This document shows positions 42,058 to 54,660 of a stretch of DNA of 64,000 nucleotides, piece by piece. A program made the position numbers and the translations under genes. Source of the DNA: Octopus sinensis (taxonomy: Eukaryota). The stretch lies in NCBI RefSeq assembly GCF_006345805.1, contig NC_043001.1, positions 106,764,001 to 106,828,000 on the forward strand, written 5' to 3'. Each line of letters begins with the position of its first letter. Positions within the stretch are counted from its first letter, which is position 1. The notes below the pieces were generated by a model, which saw nothing but the letters and a program-made list of their open reading frames with translations, ran no database searches and was not told the origin of the DNA.

Positions 42058-42857
42058 TAGGACTAATGAAGGTGATGGTATCCAGCACTCTATAATGAAA
42101 GAGAAAATCTGCAAGGAATGCTACCGAAGGGTAAGAATGATCCTAAACTCAGAATTAAACGCTGCTAACAGAATTAATGCGATCGATTCTTTGACCATAC
42201 CAGTAACCACATATAGCTTCGCTATCATTAAGTGGAGTCTCACTGATATGCAGAATATAGATGGAAAGATCTGTAAAACCCTCACAAGGCACCGAATGCA
42301 CCATCCAAAATCAGGTGTAGACAGGATTTATCTCCCAAGAAAAATAGGTGGAAAAGGCCTGATACAGCTAGAACAATCTTTCAAATTAGCAATGATAAGC
42401 CTTGAAACGTAACTTAATACAACAACTGATGTGCTCTTACGAACTGCACTGAAGCATGAAGATTCCAAGTCAAGCTTCAGTCATGAAGCTTAGTAAGAAA
42501 CTTAAAAAGTCTCTTTGCCTACAAGTTAACAATAAGAATGACCAAAGACACCCAAATACTTGACAGACCTACCATTGCTTCTCCTGATTTAGGAATTAAC
42601 AATCTGAAAGACCAACGAGATCCAAATAGGGACAAACCCATCACTGATGCAAAAAACAACAAACAAAAAGCAAAGAAGGCTTGCATGAATAATATCGAAG
42701 ACAACTGGAAAGGCAAACTCCCTAATCACCTGTCCAAGTATTGATCAAAATCTAACACAGCAATGGCTACAAGGAACAAGAGCCCTTGCTACTCTTGGCC
42801 TCCTGAGGATGCCCGGTACTAAAGCAGCTGAAATAAAGTTATAATGAAAAGAGACCA
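42058..42857 (+). mobile_element. 5'-truncated, internally deleted R4/Dong copy B
   Basis: MKEKICKECYRRVRMILNSELNAANRINAIDSLTIPVTTYSFAIIKW...HHPKSGVDRIYLPRKIGGKGLIQLE. The 3' end runs into (AAT)n. Confidence 0.85.
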
Positions 42858-42859
42858 TA

Positions 42860-42905
<46 letters not shown>

Positions 42906-42927
42906 TAATAATAATAATAACAATAAC

Positions 42928-43019
<92 letters not shown>

Positions 43020-43021
43020 TA

Positions 43022-43240
43022 AAAATCGTATTAACTGGAAAGGCTCATGTACTGAGAAAAGCACTATCGCTGTGAAAATAACATCCATCCATGAATTTAT
43101 TTATTAATTGTTAAATACATATTTTATCTGTGAATTTGCGCGTGTAATCTGGGAATGCATACAATGCCCTTCTCTGCCCTAGGTGTATGGAAAACACTCG
43201 GCGAGAAACGGAAGAAAATTTGAAGAAAGAAGGAAAAAAC
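43022..43240 (+). mobile_element. R4/Dong 3' stub, copy C
   Basis: IVLTGKAHVLRKALSL* (stop at 43073-43075) matches the Dong C-terminus. It is followed by a 3' UTR and an (AAT)n tail. Confidence 0.65.
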
Positions 43241-43344
43241 ATAATAATAATAGTAATAATAAATGCCCTGATGCAGTACCAGGCAGTGGCTCTCGTGGCT
43301 GCTGATATTAACTGATTGGAAGTGTTATCATGTACATTGTTTTC

Positions 43345-44400
43345 TCTGGACAAGAAGACAAGAAAACTACTAACATGTAAGAACATGCGCCATCCAAAGG
43401 TAGATGTTGATCGTCTGTACTTATTCAGTACTTATTCAATACAGAGGACTGGATGCTGCAACTTGTGTGCATACACGAAAGCAGCAAGAAATCACATTCA
43501 ATTGTCAATGAAGCTTGCAATTTCGCAAGGCAACTTGGCATTAATCCTGAAATATCTGAAGAACCTGAAACCACTGCGACAAAACAAGCAAAATGGATCA
43601 AACAGACTTCAAAAAAGAACGGGCAGAAACAAATTCAGGAACGGTGGAGCCAGAAGCCTCTGTATGGACAGTATATACTTCGAAGTTAAAATACTGATGT
43701 ATATCAAGCTACAAACCGTTAGCGGCTGAGAAGCAGAGGCTGAAGGATTCATATTGGCTGGGCAAGACCAAAGTTTGCTTGCAAAAAACTACCAGTTTAA
43801 CGCTTTTCAAAACGGTTCTGACCCTAAATGCAGACTCTGCAACACATATGACGAAACAATTGACCATCTCGTCTCGGGATATCCTGTGCTGACACCAAAC
43901 AAATACAAAAATTGCCACAATATGGTCGGACAGTATTTACATCAGAAAATATGTAAACATTACAAAATCATCACTCCTACTTACTGGTAGGAACATCATA
44001 CTGAGTCAGTCGTTGAAGGTAAAATCCTCAGGAATTTTCCAGCCATCATTAACAGAAAGATCCAGGTTAATCGACCAGACATAATTATTAAAGACAAGGA
44101 AGAAAATACTTCTAGATTGATAGATGTAAGTGTTCCCACAGATAAAAATATATCGATCAAAACGAGAACTATTCCTATTATTGTGGGTGGCCTCGGTATG
44201 ATTAAAAAAAAGGGATTTCAGAAAAATCTAGATAAGACCCCAAGAGAACCATGTCTCACAGAAATCCAAAAGATTGCACTGACAAGTACTACCCACATCC
44301 TTAGAAAAAACCAATCCATTTAAGTGTCTCACCATGGCAAATTAACCCACAAGACTTGTCCAAGTGTAGATGGAACAGGAGGAAAAGTCAGAAATACCTC
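43345..44400 (+). mobile_element. 5'-truncated R4/Dong copy D (zinc knuckle and restriction-like endonuclease region)
   Basis: LDKKTRKLLT...HPKVDVDRLYL, AGQDQSL, DPKCRLCNTYDETIDHLVSG, NRPDIIIKD, IDVSVPTDKN, IPIIVGGLG and IQKIALTSTTHILRK. Confidence 0.85.
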
Positions 44401-44992
44401 AGAGTTCGGGGTTAAAAGCAGAAACAAGATTTGATTTCAGCAGAGAATGATTAACATATAAAGCGTGAAGGGCTACGATCGTGGCCGTCAGGCACAGATC
44501 GGCAGGCCACGATCGTGGGCCAGATAGATGCATTTAATTTATGGGCGTTTGTTGGGGTCTAATGTCACTCAAACGCTCCGATACCCCCCAGAATGCAATA
44601 GGACTAATAGTTCAACTAATGACTTTTCAGTTGATGTAAAACTTACCACCATTATATTCTAAGAAGATATTTTAACTATTTTTTGTTTTTTATGTGTGCA
44701 TGGTAGTCTCATTTTCATAAAATGTGCTCAGCAGTCCATGCTATGTAAGTGCAAATCCTTGATACAAATAATTAGAAAAATATTATAATGATTTCTAGAA
44801 TTTTATTGTTTCCTTTCTTTTTTAAAAGTAAAGAATACAAAAATATATTATGAAAAAAAGGTGCGCATGGCTGTGAAAAAAAAAGGGTACGCATGTGCAT
44901 GGCTGTGGTTTCGGATTTAGTCCTACTGCACGGCTTCATGGGCTTATGTTTGTGAGTGGATTTCGTAGACGGAAACTGAAAGAAGTCCATCT

Positions 44993-45197
44993 GTGACCAC
45001 GTGTGTACCGTTGGCGATTTTTCCTCCGTTTTCCCTTCTTTGGATCTTTCCTTTTTCTATGTTTCTGACGAAGGGCTCCGCTCAAAACGCTAAATCCTCC
45101 TCCTTTTTTCCCTTTCCTGAGCGTCCAATAACACTATACTTGTTCCACGTCCTCGCATTGTCGTGTTTTCTCTTTGTGTTTTCATGTTTGGATTAAC

Positions 45198-45198
<1 letters not shown>
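44993..45198 (+). mobile_element. Hammerhead-bearing approximately 200-bp element (decayed core)
   Basis: Similar to 5021-5221 and 16428-16640; GTTT-CTGACGA-A-GGGC-TCC-GCTC-AAAAC-GCT-AAAT. Confidence 0.7.
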
Positions 45199-45240
<42 letters not shown>

Positions 45241-45299
45241 ATACAGCTTTGTCTGATTTTCCTGTTTTATTTACAATCTTATACTATACTATAATATAA

Positions 45300-45803
45300 T
45301 CTATATATATAAAACTCTAGTTGTGTGAGTGTCTCTCCCCTTCGATTTAGATTCCTAACTCCTCCCACATTTTGCGGTGCAGTTTAACCAAATTCGGGTA
45401 TCTTATAGTCGTGATTCATATCGAGCCCGTCTGACTATTAGCGCGCGTCAACGATGAGTCTACGATTTTAAAAATAATTTAACATCATTTTTTATTCCAT
45501 TTTAATGCATAATTTTTCGTGTGTCGATGGCGGCGGAGTTGGCGTCCACGCTCACAGCTGCACCTGTTTGCTTCTCCCCCTTCCCTCCCTCGTGAAGCTG
45601 TGGGGAAGGGAGTGTAAAGAAATCAACGTCGTAATGCGTTGTGAAGGAAACCAGCGTTCTTTTAGAACAACGACTTCATGGCTTGAAGACACCAAAACAA
45701 AAATGGCTAAGAAAGCCCGAATTTATAAGGGAAGTAACTCTCTAAAAATGCTTATATAGTTATTTCCCTTACAAACCCGAGCAACGCCGGGCGATACTGC
45801 TAG
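45300..45803 (+). mobile_element. Non-autonomous Helitron nested in the fold-back
   Basis: A|TC...CCCGAGCAACGCCGGG...CTAG|T; same family as 29561-29956. Confidence 0.82.
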
Positions 45804-45871
45804 TATAATATAATATAATATAATATAATACAATATAACGAAATGATAGAATACTAAATGTCCAATCTGAC

Positions 45872-45916
45872 TGAACTAGTACTTTCATGCGTTAAACTAT
45901 GCAATCTTCAGGTTCA
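45872..45916 (-). ncRNA. Minimal type I hammerhead ribozyme, intact catalytic core
   Basis: UGAAC-CUGAAGA-U-UGC-(10 nt)-GCA-U-GAAA-GUA-CUA/GUUCA. Stem I is a perfect 5 bp, stem III is the palindrome AGUACU, and the NUH triplet is CUA. Confidence 0.65.
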
Positions 45917-46234
45917 TGTAGTAGTGGTGACATTTATATTCTACAATTTACAACTGTTGTAAATTTTAGAACATAACTGTTACCACTATTACATGTACCT
46001 GAAGATTGCATAGTTTAACGCATGAAAGTACTAATTCAACCAAAATTGACATTTAATATTATATTATTTCATTATATTATATTATATTATATTATATTAT
46101 ATTATATTATATTATAGTATAGTATAGTATAGGACAGGAGTGTAAATAAAACGGGAAAATCAGACAAAGCTAGAATTTCTTTGGGTAATATATTCTTGTA
46201 AACACAATCATACACAGCCGTATATATATAAATG

Positions 46235-46268
<34 letters not shown>

Positions 46269-46270
46269 AT

Positions 46271-46673
46271 CAGGCACGTGCCATTAGTAATTACTCAAGG
46301 TAGGCAGTTGGTGATGTTTATGTAGTAAAACACACAGAAAAAAATAAGTGAAACACAGGCGCGCGACTGAGTTGGCGGCAGATTTACTCCTGCCTTTATA
46401 GCGCGTAAAGAAAACGTTGTTGTACTACATGTTGTTGCACCACAGCAGTACAACGCGTATCTTTAACGCTGAGATTGAAAGGCAGGTGCGAATTATATCT
46501 ACCTAATCTACAAAAAATAAAACACTTTGCATTTTATGCATAGTAATCAGAGTAAGCTTCATAATTTTATTGAATTAGGTGCATATTTTGCCATAAAAGG
46601 AAAATGTTACTCTCGATCTATTTTATTCAGAATAGGCACTACCAACCCTGCCTAACCAGGCGGCACTTCCCTG
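46271..46673. mobile_element. MITE in a (TA)n tract (hAT-like termini)
   Basis: CAGGCACGTGCC versus the reverse complement of the right end, CAGGGAAGTGCC (10/12). The TSD cannot be read within the TA repeats. Confidence 0.45.
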
Positions 46674-46694
46674 ATATATATACATACATATATA

Positions 46695-46858
<164 letters not shown>

Positions 46859-47856
46859 TACGTACACATACTTTCTACAAAATCGTCAGAGACATGTAAT
46901 TATTAAACTATGTCATTTAAGAGAACATGTATCAATAGCAGGTGTCTGGAAGGTGGTTCGCGATTAGCAGCAAGTCTGGATTACGTAATTTGTTCTTTTG
47001 AATTATATAACCAATAATATCCCTATGCTAATGAAACGCACGTAAGTTGGTGTAATTGTACATCACATAAAAAGACTCTGGTGTGTTGCTTTCTTTACTA
47101 AATATTCTATGTAGCACACCCAATGCACGCACACGCACACACACACACAAACACATACGCACGCACAGACATACACACACAAAAGGTGGAGGTGGAAATA
47201 GCACAGAAGTAAATTTAAGACATTTCAATTCGACAATGAATCGCATCTTATCAAATAGTAACAATTTGTAAAAATTTGAAGTGAAAACAGTTTATCTTCT
47301 GTTTGGGGGTCGCAAACATACCTTGAGCATTTTCGTTGAACTCTTGTTTAAATATAGTTTTGTATAGAGAGAGTAAAAGAGAGGGAGTGTAGATGTCCAT
47401 TTTCTAAAGTAAATTCTTTTCTCTGTGGGTTCCTGCCAAGGGAGTGGTTTAAAAGTATTTATTGAATGGGCTTGTGTGTATGTGTGTGTTTATGTGTGTA
47501 TGTGTGAAGGCGTATGGCTCAATGATTAGAGGGTCGGGCTCATAATCATGAGGTAGTGAGTTCGATTACTGGACCGGGCTGTGTTGTGCTCTTAAGCAAG
47601 GTACTTTATTTCACGTTGCTCCAGTTCACACGGCTATAGAAATGAGTTGCAACATCACAACTACCAAGCTGTATCGGCCTTTGCCCTATCTCTTGGATAA
47701 CCTCAGAGGCGTGGAGAGGGGAGGCAGGTATGTATGGGTGACTGTTGGTCTTCCATAAACAACTTTGCCCAGACTTATGCCTCGGGGGTAACATTCTAGG
47801 TGCAATCCCATGGTCATTCATGAAGGGTATCTATCTATCTATCGATCGATCGATCG

Positions 47857-47920
<64 letters not shown>

Positions 47921-47952
47921 CTCTATATATAGATATATATATAATATATATA

Positions 47953-48006
<54 letters not shown>

Positions 48007-48192
48007 TTTGAAGTGATATTATATATTGAGAATAACAAGGTAGTCAGAATTATGGATGATTATATATTTTTATATACTTTCTAGAGCTGTATTCCGTTAT
48101 CGGATTTATCAAAGAAGTCACACACACACATACTGTCTCTCTCTCCTACATTTCTCTGCGTTTCACACTTTGCACTCTACTTTGATCTGTCT

Positions 48193-48232
<40 letters not shown>

Positions 48233-49124
48233 CTCCTCCTTTTCTCTTTTCTTGCCTCTGATTCTTTGGTCTACTCTTCCCCCCCACTCTCTCACAATTC
48301 TCTGTCTTTCTCACTTTGCACTCACTAGCCAATCCTTGGCACGCACTCTTTCTTCTCCCCTCTTTAATTTCTTCTTTCTCTCTCTTCTCCCCCTTTGTTG
48401 CCTTCGTCCCTCTTTCTCTCTTTCTTTGTTTCCTTTGCCCCCCTTTCTTTTCTCTCTCTTCTCTCACGTGACCGCTGGTCAAAATCAGCCTTTTGGCCTC
48501 CGACCACTGCCGTGAGAACATCGTGGTCTTCGTCTGCCGATAAAGGCATTTTTTCCAAATACGCCAGCTAAACTTGTACTGTTTATTAGTCGTAAGACAC
48601 CCGCTGTTTTTGTCCTGTTTTTACCATTATTGTTTTTGTATTTTATATTCGTGTGGCATTGTCCGTTTTTCTGTCCCTGTTTCGTATACATTCGATCCTT
48701 CTTCCAAGAAATCTAATGCTCGTAGCTTAGTTTTTCCTTGGGGCTGGCCGGATCAGAGCGATCTCAAGATTAATCAGTCGAAATTGCTAGGATGATCCGG
48801 TTTTTGACTGAAGATTGAAGGCTTCGAATGTCCCGTCCGTATTTTTTGTATCGTCTTCTAAATGTTTTACGTTCTTGTCCCAGGTACCTTGTCAAGACGA
48901 ACTGATTTGCACACTCAAACAATATTAGGTGAGAATCAAACTCTATATAGAATTTTCTTCCACCCGATATTCATGCAGTGTATCCAGATAGCACGATCCA
49001 GCTTAGTGAATAAATCCGCTCTTGTTTGTTCAGACATATAGTTTATATAAAGATACTTACCAAATACGTCCGAAGTGCAGATTCCTGGTTAGGTGAGAAA
49101 AATATAAATAAGTAACAAAGATAA

Positions 49125-49270
49125 GTAAGTGTCATTTCATTACGGCCGTTTCGAGCGACTCTTTTAATTGATCAATGAAAGCATTACATCATTACAAAGG
49201 AAACCGGTTTTCTATGTAACGATGCAATTAAAGGAGTCGCTCGAAACGGCCGTAAAGAATTGACACTTAC
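49125..49270. repeat. 146-bp long hairpin with divergent half-hammerhead arms
   Basis: About 49-bp arms. The right arm has GAG-TCG-CTC-GAAAC-GGCC-GTA; the CUGANGA core is absent. The spacer contains the palindrome AAACCGGTTT. Confidence 0.75.
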
Positions 49271-49938
49271 ACTTTTGTGTTTTGACTCATTTCCTTACGC
49301 ACTCACACATATATGTGGCTGTGTGGTAAGTAGCTTGCTTACCAACCACATGGTTCCGGGTTCAGTCCCACCTGTGTGGCATCTTGGGCAAGTGTCTTCT
49401 GCTATAGCCTCGGGCCAACCAATGCCTTGTGAGTGGATTTGGTAGACGGAAACTGAAAGAAGCTTGTCGTATATATATGTATGTGTGTGTGTATGTTTGT
49501 GTGTCTGTGTTTGTCCCTCTAGCATTGCTTGACAACCGATGCTGGTGTGTTTACGTCCCCGTCACTTAGCGGTTCGGCAACAGAGACCGATAGAATAAGT
49601 ACTGGGCTTACAAAGAATAAGTCCCGGGGTCGATTTACTCGACTAAAGGCGATGCTCCAGCATGACCGCAGTCAAATGACTGAAACAAGTAAAAGAAAAG
49701 AAAGAAAAAGAAAGAAATATATATATGTGTGTGTGTGTGTGTGTGTATATATATTTGTGCGTATATATATATGCATATATATCTATGTGTAAGTATATAT
49801 ATATATATATGAGAGGTTTTGGTATCCAGTAGATCCAAAAGGCAGGTAAGGCTATGTAAGTGCTACATAAGGACCGCTGTTAGACTCGATAATTGTATGA
49901 GTGAGAAGTCTAACGAGGGTCGTATGTGAGCGTGTAAA

Positions 49939-50265
49939 TGTTAAATAAAATGTGACAACAGAGCAAAGGCAGTGTGAATTTTCTAGGACATTTTATAAAG
50001 AGAAAGGTACTCTTACAGATGTTTCAAGGATATAAAAGATATCCCACCATCAGAGACGATTTCCCTTTATACTTCCTATATATCTCTCTCTTTCCAAAAT
50101 AACTTCTTACATTGAACTCTACTATTTACTTCTAGTTAACTGTCTCATATCATCTCTGATGCTGGGATATCTTTTATATCCCTGAAACAGCTATCTGACT
50201 ACCTTTCTCCTTATAAAATGTCCTAGAAATTTCGCACTGCCTTGGCCTTGTCGTCACATTTTATT

Positions 50266-50270
<5 letters not shown>
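49939..50270. mobile_element. Fold-back element (approximately 120-bp arms) with divergent decayed hammerheads
   Basis: 49939-50060 is the reverse complement of 50149-50270. The arms contain CTGATG(C/G)-T-GGGATAT-CTTTT-ATATCC(C/T)-T-GAAAC-A(G/T)CT. Confidence 0.8.
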
Positions 50271-50359
<89 letters not shown>

Positions 50360-51305
50360 ATATATGTCTATATTTACATACATGTATATACGTGTGTGTA
50401 TGTATATATGTGTGTATATGTATGTACATTTACGTGTATGTGTGTGTGCATGTAAGTGGTGTAACTGATTGGTTAATTACATATACCAATTTAATAATTT
50501 GCATAATTTCTTTTGCATAAAACCTATGGTGAATTGCATCATAACAATGATTTTCCTAATTTATAAGTAAAGTGATTCTGGAAGCATATGCTTTCATTAC
50601 GAATTAAAATGTCAATAGTCATTACTTGAAATTCGGATGAAAGAGGAAGGGTTAATGTCACGGCCCTTGTTTCAATTAATTCTTTCACCACTCTTCATAG
50701 ACACGATAAAATAAGTACTTCGGCTTACAAATTTACGAGCAACAAAATATTAAAAGACTCAAATGCATTCAAGTTATTCGTAGCATTTTCCAACGAATTA
50801 AAAACTATTGAAGTTAAAATAGCGATGTAATTTCATCTTATTTTTAATTATATAATAAAACTCTTCAATCAATAGTCTTAGATTTTAGTCAAGCGCAGAA
50901 CGGACGGTGTTTTGTTATTTTCATTACGAAGTACATTAGACGGTGATTGGCCCAATTAAATAGTTCTTAGTTAATATAATCCCATTAAATTGTTCTTAAC
51001 CTACATGACCCCAGTTGCTATCATTGAGTAAATGAAAGTGTGTGAAAGTCATAGTCGGGGCGTATGAATATAGTTATGCTCGGGTAATGGAAGAATATTG
51101 TATCTTTTACTTGGACTGTGGCCACGCTGGAGCACAGCCTTGAAAAGCCGAGGTGCAAAAATCGACCCAGCACTTTTTTCTTTTGGATTTGGTACTTTCT
51201 ATCAGTCAATCTTTACCGAACCCCTGAGCTACGAGGACGTAAACAAACCAACACCAGTTTCAAGCGGTAGTAAGGGACAAATACAAACACAAACACGCGC
51301 GCGCG

Positions 51306-51359
<54 letters not shown>

Positions 51360-52073
51360 TTTGTAGCGTAATACATTGATTCATAGAATACTGTGACTAT
51401 CACAGCTTTCCTTATATGCATTGATTTGTATGCATATTAATACAGACATGTAAATACAATTTCTTCCACACTGAAATTATTGGTAGATGATGACGGTTGC
51501 GAAACGGCCATCATCCTAAAAATGACAAATGGTTAATTAAATATATTTACCTCTCATACCTCCTGATTTTTCATGGTTTGTATATATATATGTATATACG
51601 ACGGGCTCCTTTTAGTTCCCGTCCATTAAATTCACTCACAAGACTTTGGTTTGGAAGGGACAAGTCAAAAGATAAAAATGTCGACATATATCAAGAAAAA
51701 TAGCCTTGGATTGGGTGAAATATCACTAAATTATCTGGACATAAGAATGTTCTATTTTAAAATTTATTGTATAATATCTACATGTATAACATAGACACAA
51801 TGCCATATGAAACGTAGGTACTATATCTTACTATTTGCCATAAACAGATACAGATACCACGACAAAGCTTCTATGTGGTCGCTCGATCTAAAAATGATGA
51901 TACTCAAATCGAAGACGAAAAGCACTCAACACATTTAGTGGGAGTTACATATATTATTATTTAAAACAGTTTAATTCGACCCCATGCAACCTAAAGTTTC
52001 GCAGGCTCCTAACAGTAACCCGCTGAGATTACCTATTTCGGAATATACATACATACATACATACATACATATA

Positions 52074-52115
<42 letters not shown>

Positions 52116-52650
52116 GTTGGTAAATGAAGGACGGAAGATGGAAGATACGAGAATTATTAATCACAATTGTTTCGACACATCTAGCATCGATTCCTCACGG
52201 TGGGATACTTAACAATTGGTTCTGGAGCATCCGGTGGTACAGATGTGTCTCTTCGGGTAATAGATAGATATAAATCGTTAAAATAACAGATCCGCAGTGT
52301 ATCTTCTCATCTCGTGTAAAGAAAAACAGCAAAACAAAGGATATATCTTCATTTACATAGAAGATCAAAAATAAAGTAACAGAGGCAAAAAAGAAACCAA
52401 CACGCAAGTCACACTCATGGATTTTCCAGTACTGTTTATCTGGTTTTATCTTTCCAAGATAGAGTGTTCAATAGGATCCAACTCAAGGTAGCATAATATG
52501 GAAGACAAGTTTTTTTCTCATGAAATGTGTCCTCACCCCACTCCACGACCCTGATGGATTCAAAAGAACAGAATATACATACATACATACTTACATACAT
52601 ACCTGCATTCAAATATGCATACATACAAACATGACTACATATATATATGT

Positions 52651-52931
52651 GGAGGCGCAATGGCCCAGTGGTTAGAGCAGCGGACTCGCGGTCGTAGGAT
52701 CGGGGTTTCGATTCCTAGACCGGGCGTTGTGAGTGTTTATTAAGTGAAAACACCTATAGCTCCATGAAGCTCCGGCAGGGGATGGTGGCGATCCCTGCTG
52801 TACTCTTTCGCCGCAACTTTCTCTCAGTCTTTCTTCTGTTGGCCTGCTCGCTTAGCCAGCGGGGTGGCGTCATTTGAAGGCATTGTGACCAGCGATGTGT
52901 AGCAACATCTGATAGCCTGGTCGGTTACGTG

Positions 52932-52933
<2 letters not shown>
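52651..52933 (+). mobile_element. tRNA-derived SINE whose 3' tail is inversely duplicated
   Basis: Similar to 20577-20888; 52871-52933 is mirrored at 52971-53034. Confidence 0.8.
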
Positions 52934-52973
<40 letters not shown>

Positions 52974-53061
52974 CACGTAACCGACCAGGCTATCAGATGT
53001 TGCTACACATCGCTGGTCACAATGCCTTCAAATGCCTTCAATATATATATATATATTATAT

Positions 53062-53111
<50 letters not shown>

Positions 53112-53136
53112 TACATAGACACACACACACAGACAT

Positions 53137-53167
<31 letters not shown>

Positions 53168-54599
53168 GGTAAGGGCGCCTGGCTTAATGGTTTGGATGTT
53201 GCACTCACGATCTAGCGATCGTGATTTCAATTCATAAACCGGTTGGTGCGTTGTGTTCTTGAGTAAAACACGTTGCCTGACTCCGATACCAGACGCATGG
53301 TATACCGTGTACCCGTTCAGGCAACGTCGATTTGATGGAAAGAGTGCGCGTTTTGTGCGCATTTTGTACAGGTTGTTCGGCAAAAGCTGAACACTCGTAT
53401 GTTATCTTCGACCGGAGAGTCCATCATATATACATATATCTATATATATCTTTTACTTGTTTCAGTCATTATACAGCAACCATGCTGGGGCACCGGTTTG
53501 AAGAATTTTAGCAGAACGAATCCATCCCGCTACTTACTTTTTAAAGCAAGATACTTATTCTAAGGGTATCTTTTGCCGAACTGTCAAGGGGACGCAAACA
53601 TCAACACCAGTTGACAAGCGGTCATGGGGGACAAATAGAGGTACAAAGATATGCACACACATACACACACACACACACATAAGTACAAACATACATACAT
53701 GCATACATACATACATACACACATATAGTCGGACATGCATACAAACATACATACATACATAATACATACATACATACATACATACGTACAAACAAACACA
53801 TAACCACATGTATATAACTATATACATATATACAATTTTGTAAATTGAACAGACCATGTGTTCAGAGATTGATGGTTGCTTGTAGACACAAGACGTGTCA
53901 TAAAAAAACCTGCCTAGACCAGCGTCTCCAAAGCAAGACATTATTTGTAGCTTGAATCTTTATCTCACTAGAAGGAGTACCTTTATTTTTGATATTACCT
54001 TAATGGAACAGTAAATTATATATATATATATATATATATATAATATGCATGAATGCACGTGTACACACACACACGCACACACACATACACACATACGCAC
54101 ACGCACGCACGCACACGCACGCACACACACGCGCACACACATACATGCATGCATTTACACTCACAAAGAGATTCTGGAAGAGAGTCATTTTTAGAATTAC
54201 TTTCAACAGGATATCAGTGCCAGTAGTCGTTAAATTGAAGTAGAACTTCGACGACCTTGTCGTCGATGTAGGACAAAGGACTTAGACATGTAATAATATT
54301 ACATATTATTACCGTATATTAATAATATAATAACGAACGCAGCAGTGTCTAGGGGTATAAATGACTGATGTCACACTAAATACGGTGTAATTTGTTATAA
54401 TTTTAACACTTGATCTCAGAGCAGTTTGCTTGTTAAACAACCAAGTGCAACTTTGGTTCATTGTGTATGAGTGTGTGAGAGCGTGTATGTGTTTGTTTGT
54501 GTGTATCTTTGCTCATGTGTATGTTTCTAAACATATATATGTGTGTGTCTATGCATGTATACATGTGTATATGCGTAGAGGTGCTGTGTGTATAACTAT

Positions 54600-54660
<61 letters not shown>

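Larger units (their letters stand above)
45245..46171. mobile_element. Fold-back element with divergent hammerheads; left arm interrupted by a Helitron
   Basis: Arms 45245-45299 plus 45804-45950 versus 45960-46171 are reverse complements. The centre is TTTACAACTGTTGTAAA. Confidence 0.8.

Noticed and set aside
52160-52255. Two tandem hammerhead-like motifs on the minus strand
   Set aside because: There are multiple core mismatches, a G at the cleavage site in one copy and poor stem I, so they are too decayed to call.
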